Assembly (NCBI GenBank): GCA_963706415.1
Contig: OY970159.1
Span: forward strand, 3,540,895 to 3,604,894
Direction: 5' to 3'
DNA from: an uncultured Conexibacteraceae bacterium
GTDB taxonomy: Bacteria; Actinomycetota; Thermoleophilia; Solirubrobacterales; Solirubrobacteraceae
DNA length: 64,000 bases
Of this stretch, positions 37,007 through 45,203 are shown piece after piece. The position numbers and the translations under genes are program-made. How positions within the stretch are numbered: position 1 is the stretch's first letter; each line of letters opens with the position of its first letter. Under the pieces are notes generated by a model. That model saw only the letters and a list, made by a program, of their open reading frames with translations, had not been told where the DNA came from and made no database searches.

Positions 37007-37099
37007 CGATCCGGCAAGCGGCCCCGAGAACCCGTACGGTGCCGAACTGAGTCCGGCCGCGCCCGTCGAACCCACCGAGCGGCCGTCGTCCGCCGGTTC

Positions 37100-38026
37100 A
37101 TGAATAGAATCCCCGCCGCCTTGGACACCTCTCGCCTTCGCAACCTCATGACTTCGCGCCGCTTCCTCCTCACCCTGCTCGCCGTCGTGACCGGCGCCCT
37201 GCTGCTGGCGCCCGTCGCCGGGGCGGACCTCTGGTCACCGGAGTCCGGTGGTTCGTCGAACGCCGACGACATCGACACGCTCTACAAGTTCATCTTCGCC
37301 GTCGCGATCGTCGTGTTCGTCGGTGTCGAGGGCGTGCTGCTCTACTCGGTCTTCAAGTTCAAGGCCAAGAAGGGTCGCGTCGCCGCCCAGATCCGCGGCA
37401 ACACGCGCCTGGAGATCGGCTGGACGGTCGGCGCGGCGCTGATCCTCGTCGTCCTCGCGGTCATCACGTTCGTCAAGCTCGACGACATCCGCAACCCGCC
37501 GGACTCCTCGCCCAACGGCCTGCAGCTCGCCGACACCAGCCGCCGCCTGCCGCCCAACGGCAAGTCGCTGAACATCTGCGTCAATGGCCAGCAGTACATC
37601 TGGCGCTTCACCTACGCCGACAACTGCAAGACCGGCGCCAACCTCGGCGAGCCGTTCTCCTACGAGGAGATGGTCGTCCCCGTCGACACGACGGTGACGC
37701 TCGACATCGGCGCCCAGGACGTGGCCCACTCCTGGTGGATCCCGAAGCTCGGCGGCAAGTTCGACGCCATCCCGGGCTACACCAACCACACCTGGTTCAA
37801 GGTCCCCGCCAAGTTCGGGGACAAGCCGGGCGGGACCGTCTTCTTCGGCCAGTGCGCCGAGCTGTGCGGGCGCAACCACGCGAACATGACCGCCCGCGTG
37901 CGGGCCGTGTCCGTCGACGAGTACCAGCGCTGGCTCAGCGACCGCAAGGCCGACATCAAGTCCGCCGAGCAGCAGGGCGCTGAGCAGCGCAAGCAGTTCG
38001 AATCCGGAAACATCACGAACCCGTAG
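37100..38026 (+). CDS. ctaC: cytochrome c oxidase subunit II (aa3-type, no fused cytochrome c)
   Basis: CuA site HSWWIPKLGGKFDAIPG...GQCAELCGRNHANM. ATG 37100 is followed by low-GC codons. The alternative ATG 37148 gives MTSRRFLLTLLAVVTGALLLAPVAGA. Confidence 0.92.
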   Translation: MNRIPAALDTSRLRNLMTSRRFLLTLLAVVTGALLLAPVAGADLWSPESGGSSNADDIDTLYKFIFAVAIVVFVGVEGVLLYSVFKFKAKKGRVAAQIRGNTRLEIGWTVGAALILVVLAVITFVKLDDIRNPPDSSPNGLQLADTSRRLPPNGKSLNICVNGQQYIWRFTYADNCKTGANLGEPFSYEEMVVPVDTTVTLDIGAQDVAHSWWIPKLGGKFDAIPGYTNHTWFKVPAKFGDKPGGTVFFGQCAELCGRNHANMTARVRAVSVDEYQRWLSDRKADIKSAEQQGAEQRKQFESGNITNP

Positions 38027-38045
38027 CTCAGGACCTGACTGACGC

Positions 38046-39747
38046 ATGGCCGCCACCATCGAAGCTCCCCGCCCCAACGTCGCGCCTGTTCCGCAGGTCG
38101 TCGCGCACAAGGTCGACTCGTCCTCCACGGGCTGGACGTCGTGGGTCACCACGACCGACCACAAGCGCATCGGGATCATGTACCTGGTCCTCACGTTCGG
38201 GTTCTTCATCCTCGGCGGCGTCGAGGCGCTGCTGATCCGCCTGCAGCTCGCGGTCCCGAACAACGACCTGCTGACGCCGCAGACCTACAACGAGCTGTTC
38301 ACGATGCACGGGACGACGATGATCTTCCTGTTCGTCGTGCCGGTCATGGCCGGCTTCGGCAACTACTTCGTGCCGCTGATGATCGGCGCGCGCGACATGG
38401 CGTTCCCGAAGCTCAACGCGCTCTCGTTCTGGCTGCTGGCCGCCGGCGGCATCGTCTTCTACGCCTCGATCTTCTTCAGCCCGCCCGAGTGCGGCTGGAC
38501 CTGTTACTCGCCGCTGAGCGACACCGACTACCTGCCCTCCGGCGGCGTCGACGCCTGGATCTACCTGATCCACCTCACGGGCCTGAGCTCGCTGGTCGGC
38601 GCGGTGAACTTCTACGCGACGATCGCCAACCTGCGCGCGCCCGGCATGGGCTGGGGCCGCCTGCCGCTCTTCGTCTGGGCGATCCTGACCTACGCGGTCC
38701 TGCTGATCCTCGCCCTGCCGGTCATCGCCGCGGCCGTCACGCTGCTGCTGACCGACCGCCACTTCGGGACGCACTTCTACGACGCGTCCAACGGGGGCTC
38801 GCCACTGCTGTGGCAGCACCTGTTCTGGTTCTTCGGCCACCCCGAGGTCTACATCATGGTGCTGCCGGGCTTCGGCATCATCTCCGAGGTCCTGCCGGTC
38901 TTCGCCCGCAAGCCGATCTTCGGCTACAAGGCGATCGCCGCGGCGACGCTGGTCATCGCCTTCCTCGGCCTGCTCGTGTGGGCACACCACATGTTCTCGA
39001 CGCCGAGCCCGTCGCTCGTGCTCATCTTCTTCATGATGAGCTCGTTCCTCATCGCGGTGCCGACGGGCGTCAAGATCTTCAACTGGATCGCGACGCTCTG
39101 GCGCGGGACGATCGAGTACACGACGGCGCTGCTCTTCTCCGTCGGCTTCATCGGCACGTTCCTGATCGGCGGCATCACCGGCATCTTCGTCGCCGTCTTC
39201 CCCGTCGACTGGCAGCTGACCGACACCTACTTCGTGGTCGCGCACTTCCACTACGTGTTGATGGGCGGCGCGGTCTTCACGATCTTCGCCGGGCTCTACT
39301 ACTGGTTCCCGAAGATGTCGGGCCGGATGATGAGCGAGCCGCTCGGCAAGGCCAGCTTCTGGCTGATGCTGATCGGCTTCCACGTCACGTTCCTCGTGCA
39401 GCACTCCGCGGGCATGGAGGGCATGCCGCGACGGGTCTACGAGTACCTCCGACATCCAGGACCTCGCGATCCTCAACCTGATCTCGACGATCGGCGCGTT
39501 CATCCTCGGCGTCGGGATCCTGCTGACGCTGATCAACGTGCTGACCTCGCTCAAGAAGGGCGCGATCGCCGGCCCGGATCCGTGGAAGGCCAACACGCTG
39601 GAGTGGTTCACCACCTCTCCCCCGCCGGCCAACAACTTCGACTCGGTGCCCCGCATCCGCTCTGTCGAGCCGATGAAGGACATCCGCCGCCAGGTCGCCA
39701 TGCAGACCGGTGGCGTGCCCGAGCCCGAGCCCGTCTACTCCCACTAG
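38046..39747 (+). pseudogene. ctaD: cytochrome c oxidase subunit I, copy 1, split by a 1-nt frameshift near codon 467 (or assembly indel)
   Basis: Canonical CtaD (TDHKRIGIMY, WAHHMF, FHYVLMGG) runs through GMPRRVYEY at 39446. The conserved tail SDIQDLAILNLIS...PWKANTLEWFTTSPPP continues in the next frame from 39448 to TAG 39747. Confidence 0.85.
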
Positions 39748-39774
39748 GACGACAGGCAGTAGGCTCGCCCCGCC

Positions 39775-40680
39775 ATGGAGGCGTCACGCGCAACCCCAGC
39801 CGCCGCACTGCCGGCGACCGGCGCCCGTCAGCTCGCCAGCGATCTGCTGGCGCTGACCAAGCCCAAGGTCCAGTCGCTGCTGCTGCTGACCACGGTCACC
39901 ACGATGCTCGTGGCCGGCACGCCGTCGATCGGCCTGATCATCGCGACGTGCATCGGCGGCTACCTGAGCGCCGGCGGCGCCGGGGCGGTCAACCACTGGT
40001 ATGACCGCGACATCGACGCGCAGATGGCGCGCACCGCGACGCGGCCGATTCCCGCCGGGCGCATCGCGCCGCGGACCGCGCTGTGGTTCGGCATCGGGCT
40101 CGCCGTCCTGGGCTTCGTCTGGCTGACGCTGACGGCCAATGTCCTGGCCGCCTCGCTCTCCTTCAGCGGCTTCCTGGGCTACACGCTCATGTACACGGTG
40201 TGGCTCAAGCGCCGCACGTGGCAGAACATCGTCTGGGGCGGCGCCGCGGGCGCCGTGCCGCCGCTGGTCGGCTGGGCCGCGGTGACCGGCGGGCTGACCG
40301 GGCTGCCGATCTACCTGTTCGCGATCGTCTTCTTCTGGACCCCGCCGCACTTCTGGGCGCTGTCGCTGTTGATGAAGGACGAGTACGCGAAGGTCGGCGT
40401 GCCGATGCTGCCGGTCGTGCGCGGCGAGCACGAGACGCGCCGCCAGATCGTCCTCTACAGCGTCCTGCTCTACGCCGTGACGCAGCTGCCCTTCTGCGGC
40501 GGCGGCGGACTGGACGCCATTTACCTGATCGCCTCGCTCGCGCTCGGCATCGCGTTCGTCGGCCTCGCCGTGGCGCTGCAGCGCCAGGCGACCCGCAAGG
40601 CCGCCCTGCGGCTGTATCTGTTCTCGCTCCTCTACCTCGCCCTGCTGTTCGTGGCGATGGTGGCGGACGTCAAGCTGTAG
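39775..40680 (+). CDS. ctaB: protoheme IX farnesyltransferase (heme O synthase)
   Basis: LTKPKV, NHWYDRDIDAQMARTATRP, FFWTPPHFWALS. Confidence 0.93.
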   Translation: MEASRATPAAALPATGARQLASDLLALTKPKVQSLLLLTTVTTMLVAGTPSIGLIIATCIGGYLSAGGAGAVNHWYDRDIDAQMARTATRPIPAGRIAPRTALWFGIGLAVLGFVWLTLTANVLAASLSFSGFLGYTLMYTVWLKRRTWQNIVWGGAAGAVPPLVGWAAVTGGLTGLPIYLFAIVFFWTPPHFWALSLLMKDEYAKVGVPMLPVVRGEHETRRQIVLYSVLLYAVTQLPFCGGGGLDAIYLIASLALGIAFVGLAVALQRQATRKAALRLYLFSLLYLALLFVAMVADVKL

Positions 40681-40705
40681 CCCCGTCTGGGAGAATCGCA
40701 CCCGT

Positions 40706-40816
40706 ATGGACCGCAACCTCGCCCGCAAGAACGTGCGCACCGGCCTCATCGCCGGGACCGTGTGCTTCATCATGTTCGGCCTGACCTTCGTCGCCGCGGC
40801 GATCTACGTCGCATGA
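40706..40816 (+). CDS. 36-aa single-helix micro-protein downstream of ctaB
   Basis: Own translation: MDRNLARKNVRTGLIAGTVCFIMFGLTFVAAAIYVA*. It is below the ORF-track size cutoff. ATGA overlap with the next ORF. It resembles small cytochrome oxidase assembly peptides in layout only. Confidence 0.45.
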   Translation: MDRNLARKNVRTGLIAGTVCFIMFGLTFVAAAIYVA

Positions 40817-41049
40817 GCCGCGACCCCGAGATCCCGCCCGTCGGCGAGGAGATCCACCTCCCCGGTGGCTCGATCCAGCCGCTCCTGCTGACCATCGGCA
40901 TCACGATGACGCTGCTCGGCGTCACGTTGGGCCTCCCGCTCGTGATCGCCGGCGGCATCCTCACCGTCTGGGTGATCGTGCGCTGGATCGCCGACACGCG
41001 GCGCGACATCGCCGAGCTGCCGCTGCACCACGACGGCGAGCACCACTAG
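40813..41049 (+). CDS. 78-aa two-helix membrane protein (possible small oxidase subunit)
   Basis: ORF 40762..41049 trimmed to ATG 40813 (MSRDPEIPPVGEEIHLPGGSIQPLLLTIGITMTLLGV...). Two hydrophobic helices and a His-rich tail. Confidence 0.55.
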   Translation: MSRDPEIPPVGEEIHLPGGSIQPLLLTIGITMTLLGVTLGLPLVIAGGILTVWVIVRWIADTRRDIAELPLHHDGEHH

Positions 41050-41078
41050 CGCTCGGCGCTGACATCTGAGCTTCGAGG

Positions 41079-41106
41079 AGGGCGGGCGCCGATCGGCGTC
41101 CGCCCT
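41079..41106. terminator. bidirectional stem-loop between convergent genes
   Basis: agggcgggcgcc-gatc-ggcgtccgccct: a 12-bp stem with one mismatch and a 4-nt loop, followed by tcgtcgtt. Confidence 0.6.
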
Positions 41107-41133
41107 TCGTCGTTGTGGGGCCTCGGAGGGTCC

Positions 41134-41568
41134 CTAGCCCTGGCGCGCGGCCCCGAGGGCCGCAGCGGCGCTCTCAGGCACGTCGCAGATCGCGCCATCA
41201 TCGGTCCAGCACCGCACCACGTCGCGGACCGAGAGGATCCCGATGATCTCGCCGCTCTCCATGACGATGAGGTGGCGAAAGTTCCCGCGGACCATCGCGA
41301 CCGCCGCCTCCTCCAGCGACCACTCCGGGGACGCGTAGACGACGTTGCTGGTCAGGTGCTCGCCGACAACTTCCACGTCAGGGTCCTGCCCCATGCCGAT
41401 CGCGTCCAAGACGTCGCGCTCGGTCAGGATGCCCGGGCCGGCCGCGTCGGGATCGAGCACGACGGCGGCGCCCACACGGCGCTGCGACATCGATTTCGAC
41501 GCCTCCCGCAGGGTGTGGCCTGGCCCGATCGTCAAGACCATGCTGCTCATCCCGTCACGCACCTGCAT
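41134..41568 (-). CDS. CBS-pair-only protein
   Basis: ORF 41134..41649 trimmed to ATG 41568 (MQVRDGMSSMVLTIGPGHTL). Two CBS repeats (GILTERDVL..., GILSVRDVV...) and no other domain. Confidence 0.85.
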   Translation of the reverse strand: MQVRDGMSSMVLTIGPGHTLREASKSMSQRRVGAAVVLDPDAAGPGILTERDVLDAIGMGQDPDVEVVGEHLTSNVVYASPEWSLEEAAVAMVRGNFRHLIVMESGEIIGILSVRDVVRCWTDDGAICDVPESAAAALGAARQG

Positions 41569-41690
41569 CCCGAACCGCTCCTTCGTCCGTTGAACCCTTG
41601 CAACGATTGCCTCAAACTGAAATCTACCAGCGACGGCCCGGCCCGCCAATTCCTATGGTGATCCAGGGATCCCCTCCCGACGTATTCCCG

Positions 41691-42095
41691 ATGACGCCCA
41701 TGCACCGACCAGCCACCATCCGCCTGCGGACCAGCCTCTTCGAGGACGCGGTCGCCATCGTCGAATCCGAGTACGCCTCGGACCTGTCGCTGGACGACAT
41801 CGCCCGGCGGGTCGCCTCGTCGCGACGCCAGCTCCAGCGCGCCTACTCGGAGATCGGCTCCACGACCTTCCGTGAGCACCTCACCGCGGTGCGCATGGAA
41901 CGTGCCGCCGAGCTGCTGCGCATCCGGGGCCTGACGGTCCGCGACGTCGCCCATCGCGTCGGCTACCGCCAGCCCGCGCAGTTCGCCAAGGCGTTCCGGC
42001 GCCACCATGGGATCGCCCCCTCGGACTTCCGCGCAAACGGGCGCTTCGCCAGGCTGGACACGGTCTCCGCGGCACCCGACAACGCCGCCGCATAA
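41691..42095 (+). CDS. AraC-family HTH-only transcriptional regulator
   Basis: LSLDDIARRVASSRRQLQRAYSE...FREHLTAVRMERAAELL...VRDVAHRVGYRQPAQFAKAFRRHHGIAPSDFR. The start is uncertain, between 41598 and 41691. Confidence 0.8.
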   Translation: MTPMHRPATIRLRTSLFEDAVAIVESEYASDLSLDDIARRVASSRRQLQRAYSEIGSTTFREHLTAVRMERAAELLRIRGLTVRDVAHRVGYRQPAQFAKAFRRHHGIAPSDFRANGRFARLDTVSAAPDNAAA

Positions 42096-42176
42096 GCCCG
42101 CTGACAGGGCCAGAAGTCCGCTTGGCGCGGAACGTCGTTGCTTCCCGTCGCGCCCTACCCATAGGATCGCCGAGCT

Positions 42177-43277
42177 ATGGGTGAGGAGAGCACTCGAGCG
42201 GAGGCTGATTCCCTGCGAGGGCAATCTGGCCGGCGCACCGTCACAGAGATGGTGGTCGTCGGCCTGATCGCATCGATTTTGGGAATCATCCTCGGGCTCG
42301 TCATCGACTGGTTCCCCACACAGGGGTCAAAGCAGGCCGGACCGATCGACACGTTCTGGGACGTGTTGATCATCTGCTCGGTCCCGGTGTTCGTCCTCGT
42401 GACGACCGTGGTGCTGTTCGCCGCGCGCAACTTCCGGATGCGTCCGGGCGAGGAGAACCTGGACGGGCCACCCATCCATGGCAACACGCGGCTCGAGGTC
42501 GTCTGGACCGCGATCCCCGCGATCATGCTGATCGCGCTGTGCACCTACGCCTACCTCGTGCTGCACGACATCGAGAAGGCCCCGGCAGCCGGCGTCGAGC
42601 GCCAGGTCACGGCCATGGGCCAGCAGTTCACGTGGACCTTCGACTACAACGAAGGCGGCAAGAAGTTCTCCTCGGCGCAGCTCTACCTGCCCAAGGACGA
42701 GTCGGTGAAGTTCGACGTCAGGACCAAGGACGTCCTGCACGACTTCTGGGTCCCGGCGTGGCGGATGAAGATCGACGCCGTTCCCGGCATCACCACCAAC
42801 TACCGCGTGACGCCGACCAAGCTCGGCACCTACCCGGTCGTCTGCGCCGAGCTCTGCGGCCTGGGCCACGCCTTCATGCGCCAGACCGCGCACGTGCTGC
42901 CCAAGGCGCAGTTCGACGCCTGGGTCGCCAAGATGACGGCGCCCGTCAAGCCCGCGGCTCCCGCAGGTGGCGGCGCAGCCCCCGCGATCGACGCCAAGGC
43001 GCTCTTCACCCAGGGTGAGACGCAGACCGGCGCCACCGCGTGCGGCGCCTGCCACAAGCTCGCCGACGCCGGCACCGCCGGCGGCGTCGGGCCTGATCTC
43101 GACCAGGTCCTCAAGGGCAAGGACGCGGCGTTCATCCACGAGTCGATCGTGAATCCCAACGCCGAGATCGCATCGGGCTTCAACAAGGGCATCATGCCCG
43201 AGACCTACAGCAAGCTCCTGAGCAAGCCGCAGGTCGACGCGCTGGTCAAGTACCTCGAGGAGGTGGCGGGCAAGTGA
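42177..43277 (+). CDS. ctaC: cytochrome c oxidase subunit II with C-terminal cytochrome c domain (caa3-type)
   Basis: CuA site HDFWVPAWRMKIDAVPG...CAELCGLGHAFM. C-terminal heme c motif ACGACHKL with IMPE methionine. An alternative start at ATG 42249 lies just before TM1. Confidence 0.92.
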   Translation: MGEESTRAEADSLRGQSGRRTVTEMVVVGLIASILGIILGLVIDWFPTQGSKQAGPIDTFWDVLIICSVPVFVLVTTVVLFAARNFRMRPGEENLDGPPIHGNTRLEVVWTAIPAIMLIALCTYAYLVLHDIEKAPAAGVERQVTAMGQQFTWTFDYNEGGKKFSSAQLYLPKDESVKFDVRTKDVLHDFWVPAWRMKIDAVPGITTNYRVTPTKLGTYPVVCAELCGLGHAFMRQTAHVLPKAQFDAWVAKMTAPVKPAAPAGGGAAPAIDAKALFTQGETQTGATACGACHKLADAGTAGGVGPDLDQVLKGKDAAFIHESIVNPNAEIASGFNKGIMPETYSKLLSKPQVDALVKYLEEVAGK

Positions 43278-45187
43278 CCGTCAAGCTGCGACAGGCCGGT
43301 TGGTACCGCGCCGGGTGGTACATGCTCATCGGCGCGTCGTTCGCCGTGGCGATCAGCTGGCTGGTGCGCATGGCCTATGGCCACGACCGCTACGCGCACT
43401 TCCTGGAGGCCGAGTCGATCGTCCTCATCGGGATGTTCGTGCTGCCGTTCGCGTTCCTGATCGGCCTTGGCTGCTTCGACTACTGGTTCTACTGGGCGGC
43501 CGGCAAGCCGACGCGCCCCGAGGACCATTCGAGCCACGGCGCGACGTCGTGGAAGGACTACTTCCGCCCGAACACCGACCACAAGGTCATCGGGATCCAG
43601 TACACGGTCCACTCGTTCTTCTTCCTCTTCGTCGGCGGCCTGATGGCCATGCTGATGCGCGCCGAGCTGGCCCAGCCGGGCCGGCAGTTCGTGGACTCCA
43701 ACACGTTCAACGGCCTCTTCAGCGTCCACGCGTCGATCCTGATCTTCCTGTTCATCATTCCCGTCTTCGCGGGGCTGGCGAACTTCGTCCTGCCGCTGAT
43801 GATCGGCGCGCCGGACATGGCCTTCCCGCGGCTGAACGCGCTGTCGTTCTGGCTGCTGCCGTGCGCCGGCGTGCTGATGCTCGCGTCGTTCTTCGCACCG
43901 GGCGGCTCGTTCGCCTCGGGCTGGACGGCCTATGCCCCGCTGTCGACGACCGCGCCGCTGGGGCAGATGTTCTTCACCATCGCGGTCCAGTTCGCCGGGG
44001 CGTCGTCAATCGCGACAGCGCTCAATTTCCTGGTGACGATCATCACCATGCGCGCGCCGGGCATGTCGTTCTTCCGGATGCCGCTGCTGGCGTGGGCGAA
44101 CTTCTCGACCTCGCTGCTGGTCGTCATCGCCACGCCGTTCATCGCCGCGTCGCAGTTCTTCGTCCTGCTGGACTACGGCCTGGGCTTCCACTTCTTCGAC
44201 GCCGACAAGGGCGGCGACGTGCTGATGTACCAGCACGTCTTCTGGTTCTACAGCCACCCGGCCGTCTACATCATGATGCTGCCCGGGTTCGGCATCGTCA
44301 GCGAGGTGCTGGCGGTCAAGTCGCGCAAGCCGATCTTCGGCTACCGCATGATGGCCTTCTCGCTGCTGGCGATCGTCGTGCTGGGCTTCACGGTCTGGGC
44401 CCACCACATGTTCGTCTCGGGCATGCAGTCGTGGATCCGGATCCCGATGATGGTCACCACGGCGATCATCGCGGTGCCGACCGGCATCAAGATCTTCTCG
44501 TGGCTCGCCACGCTGTGGCGTGGCGTCATCCGCCTGGACACGCCGATGCTCTTCGCGCTCGGCTTCCTGACGATGTTCACCTGCGGCGGCATCTCGGGCG
44601 TGATGCTCTCGATGATCCCGCTCGACATCCACGTCAGCGACACGTACTTCATCGTCGCCCACATCCACTACGTGCTCTTCGGCGGGTCGCTCTTCACGAT
44701 CTTCGCCGGCGTCTACTACTGGTTCCCGAAGATGACGGGCCGGATGTACGACGAGCGGCTCGGCAAGCTGCACTTCTGGACGACGTTCATCTTCTTCAAC
44801 GCGACCTTCGCGCCGATGCACATCATCGGCGTCAACGGGATGCCGCGCCGCGTCGCCGACTACGCCGACGAGTTCGCGACCTGGAACCTGATCATCTCGC
44901 TGGCCTCGTTCGCGCTGGGCCTCAGCACGCTGATCTTTGCCTACAACATGGTCGCCTCGTGGCGCGGCGGCGCCCGCGCCACCGCCAACCCGTGGCGTGC
45001 GATGACGCTGGAGTGGCAGGTGTCTTCCCCGCCGCCGGTGTTCAACTTCGACCAGATCCCGACGGTCGTCGGCGGACCGTACGAGTACGGCACGCCGGGC
45101 GCGGTCCACGGCATCTTCGGTCCGGCCGCACCGGCCGAGGCCAAGGCGACCCCGGCGGGTACGCACACCCAGCCGCCCACCGAGTGA
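43274..45187 (+). CDS. ctaD: cytochrome c oxidase subunit I, copy 2, with ~64-aa two-helix N-terminal extension
   Basis: GTG start in a GTGA overlap. TDHKVIGIQY sits at residue 101, against residue 37 in copy 1. WAHHMF, HIHYVLFGG, GMPRRVADY and PWRAMTLEW are all in one frame. Confidence 0.95.
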   Translation: MTVKLRQAGWYRAGWYMLIGASFAVAISWLVRMAYGHDRYAHFLEAESIVLIGMFVLPFAFLIGLGCFDYWFYWAAGKPTRPEDHSSHGATSWKDYFRPNTDHKVIGIQYTVHSFFFLFVGGLMAMLMRAELAQPGRQFVDSNTFNGLFSVHASILIFLFIIPVFAGLANFVLPLMIGAPDMAFPRLNALSFWLLPCAGVLMLASFFAPGGSFASGWTAYAPLSTTAPLGQMFFTIAVQFAGASSIATALNFLVTIITMRAPGMSFFRMPLLAWANFSTSLLVVIATPFIAASQFFVLLDYGLGFHFFDADKGGDVLMYQHVFWFYSHPAVYIMMLPGFGIVSEVLAVKSRKPIFGYRMMAFSLLAIVVLGFTVWAHHMFVSGMQSWIRIPMMVTTAIIAVPTGIKIFSWLATLWRGVIRLDTPMLFALGFLTMFTCGGISGVMLSMIPLDIHVSDTYFIVAHIHYVLFGGSLFTIFAGVYYWFPKMTGRMYDERLGKLHFWTTFIFFNATFAPMHIIGVNGMPRRVADYADEFATWNLIISLASFALGLSTLIFAYNMVASWRGGARATANPWRAMTLEWQVSSPPPVFNFDQIPTVVGGPYEYGTPGAVHGIFGPAAPAEAKATPAGTHTQPPTE

Positions 45188-45203
45188 TGAAGGGGAGCAC
45201 CAC

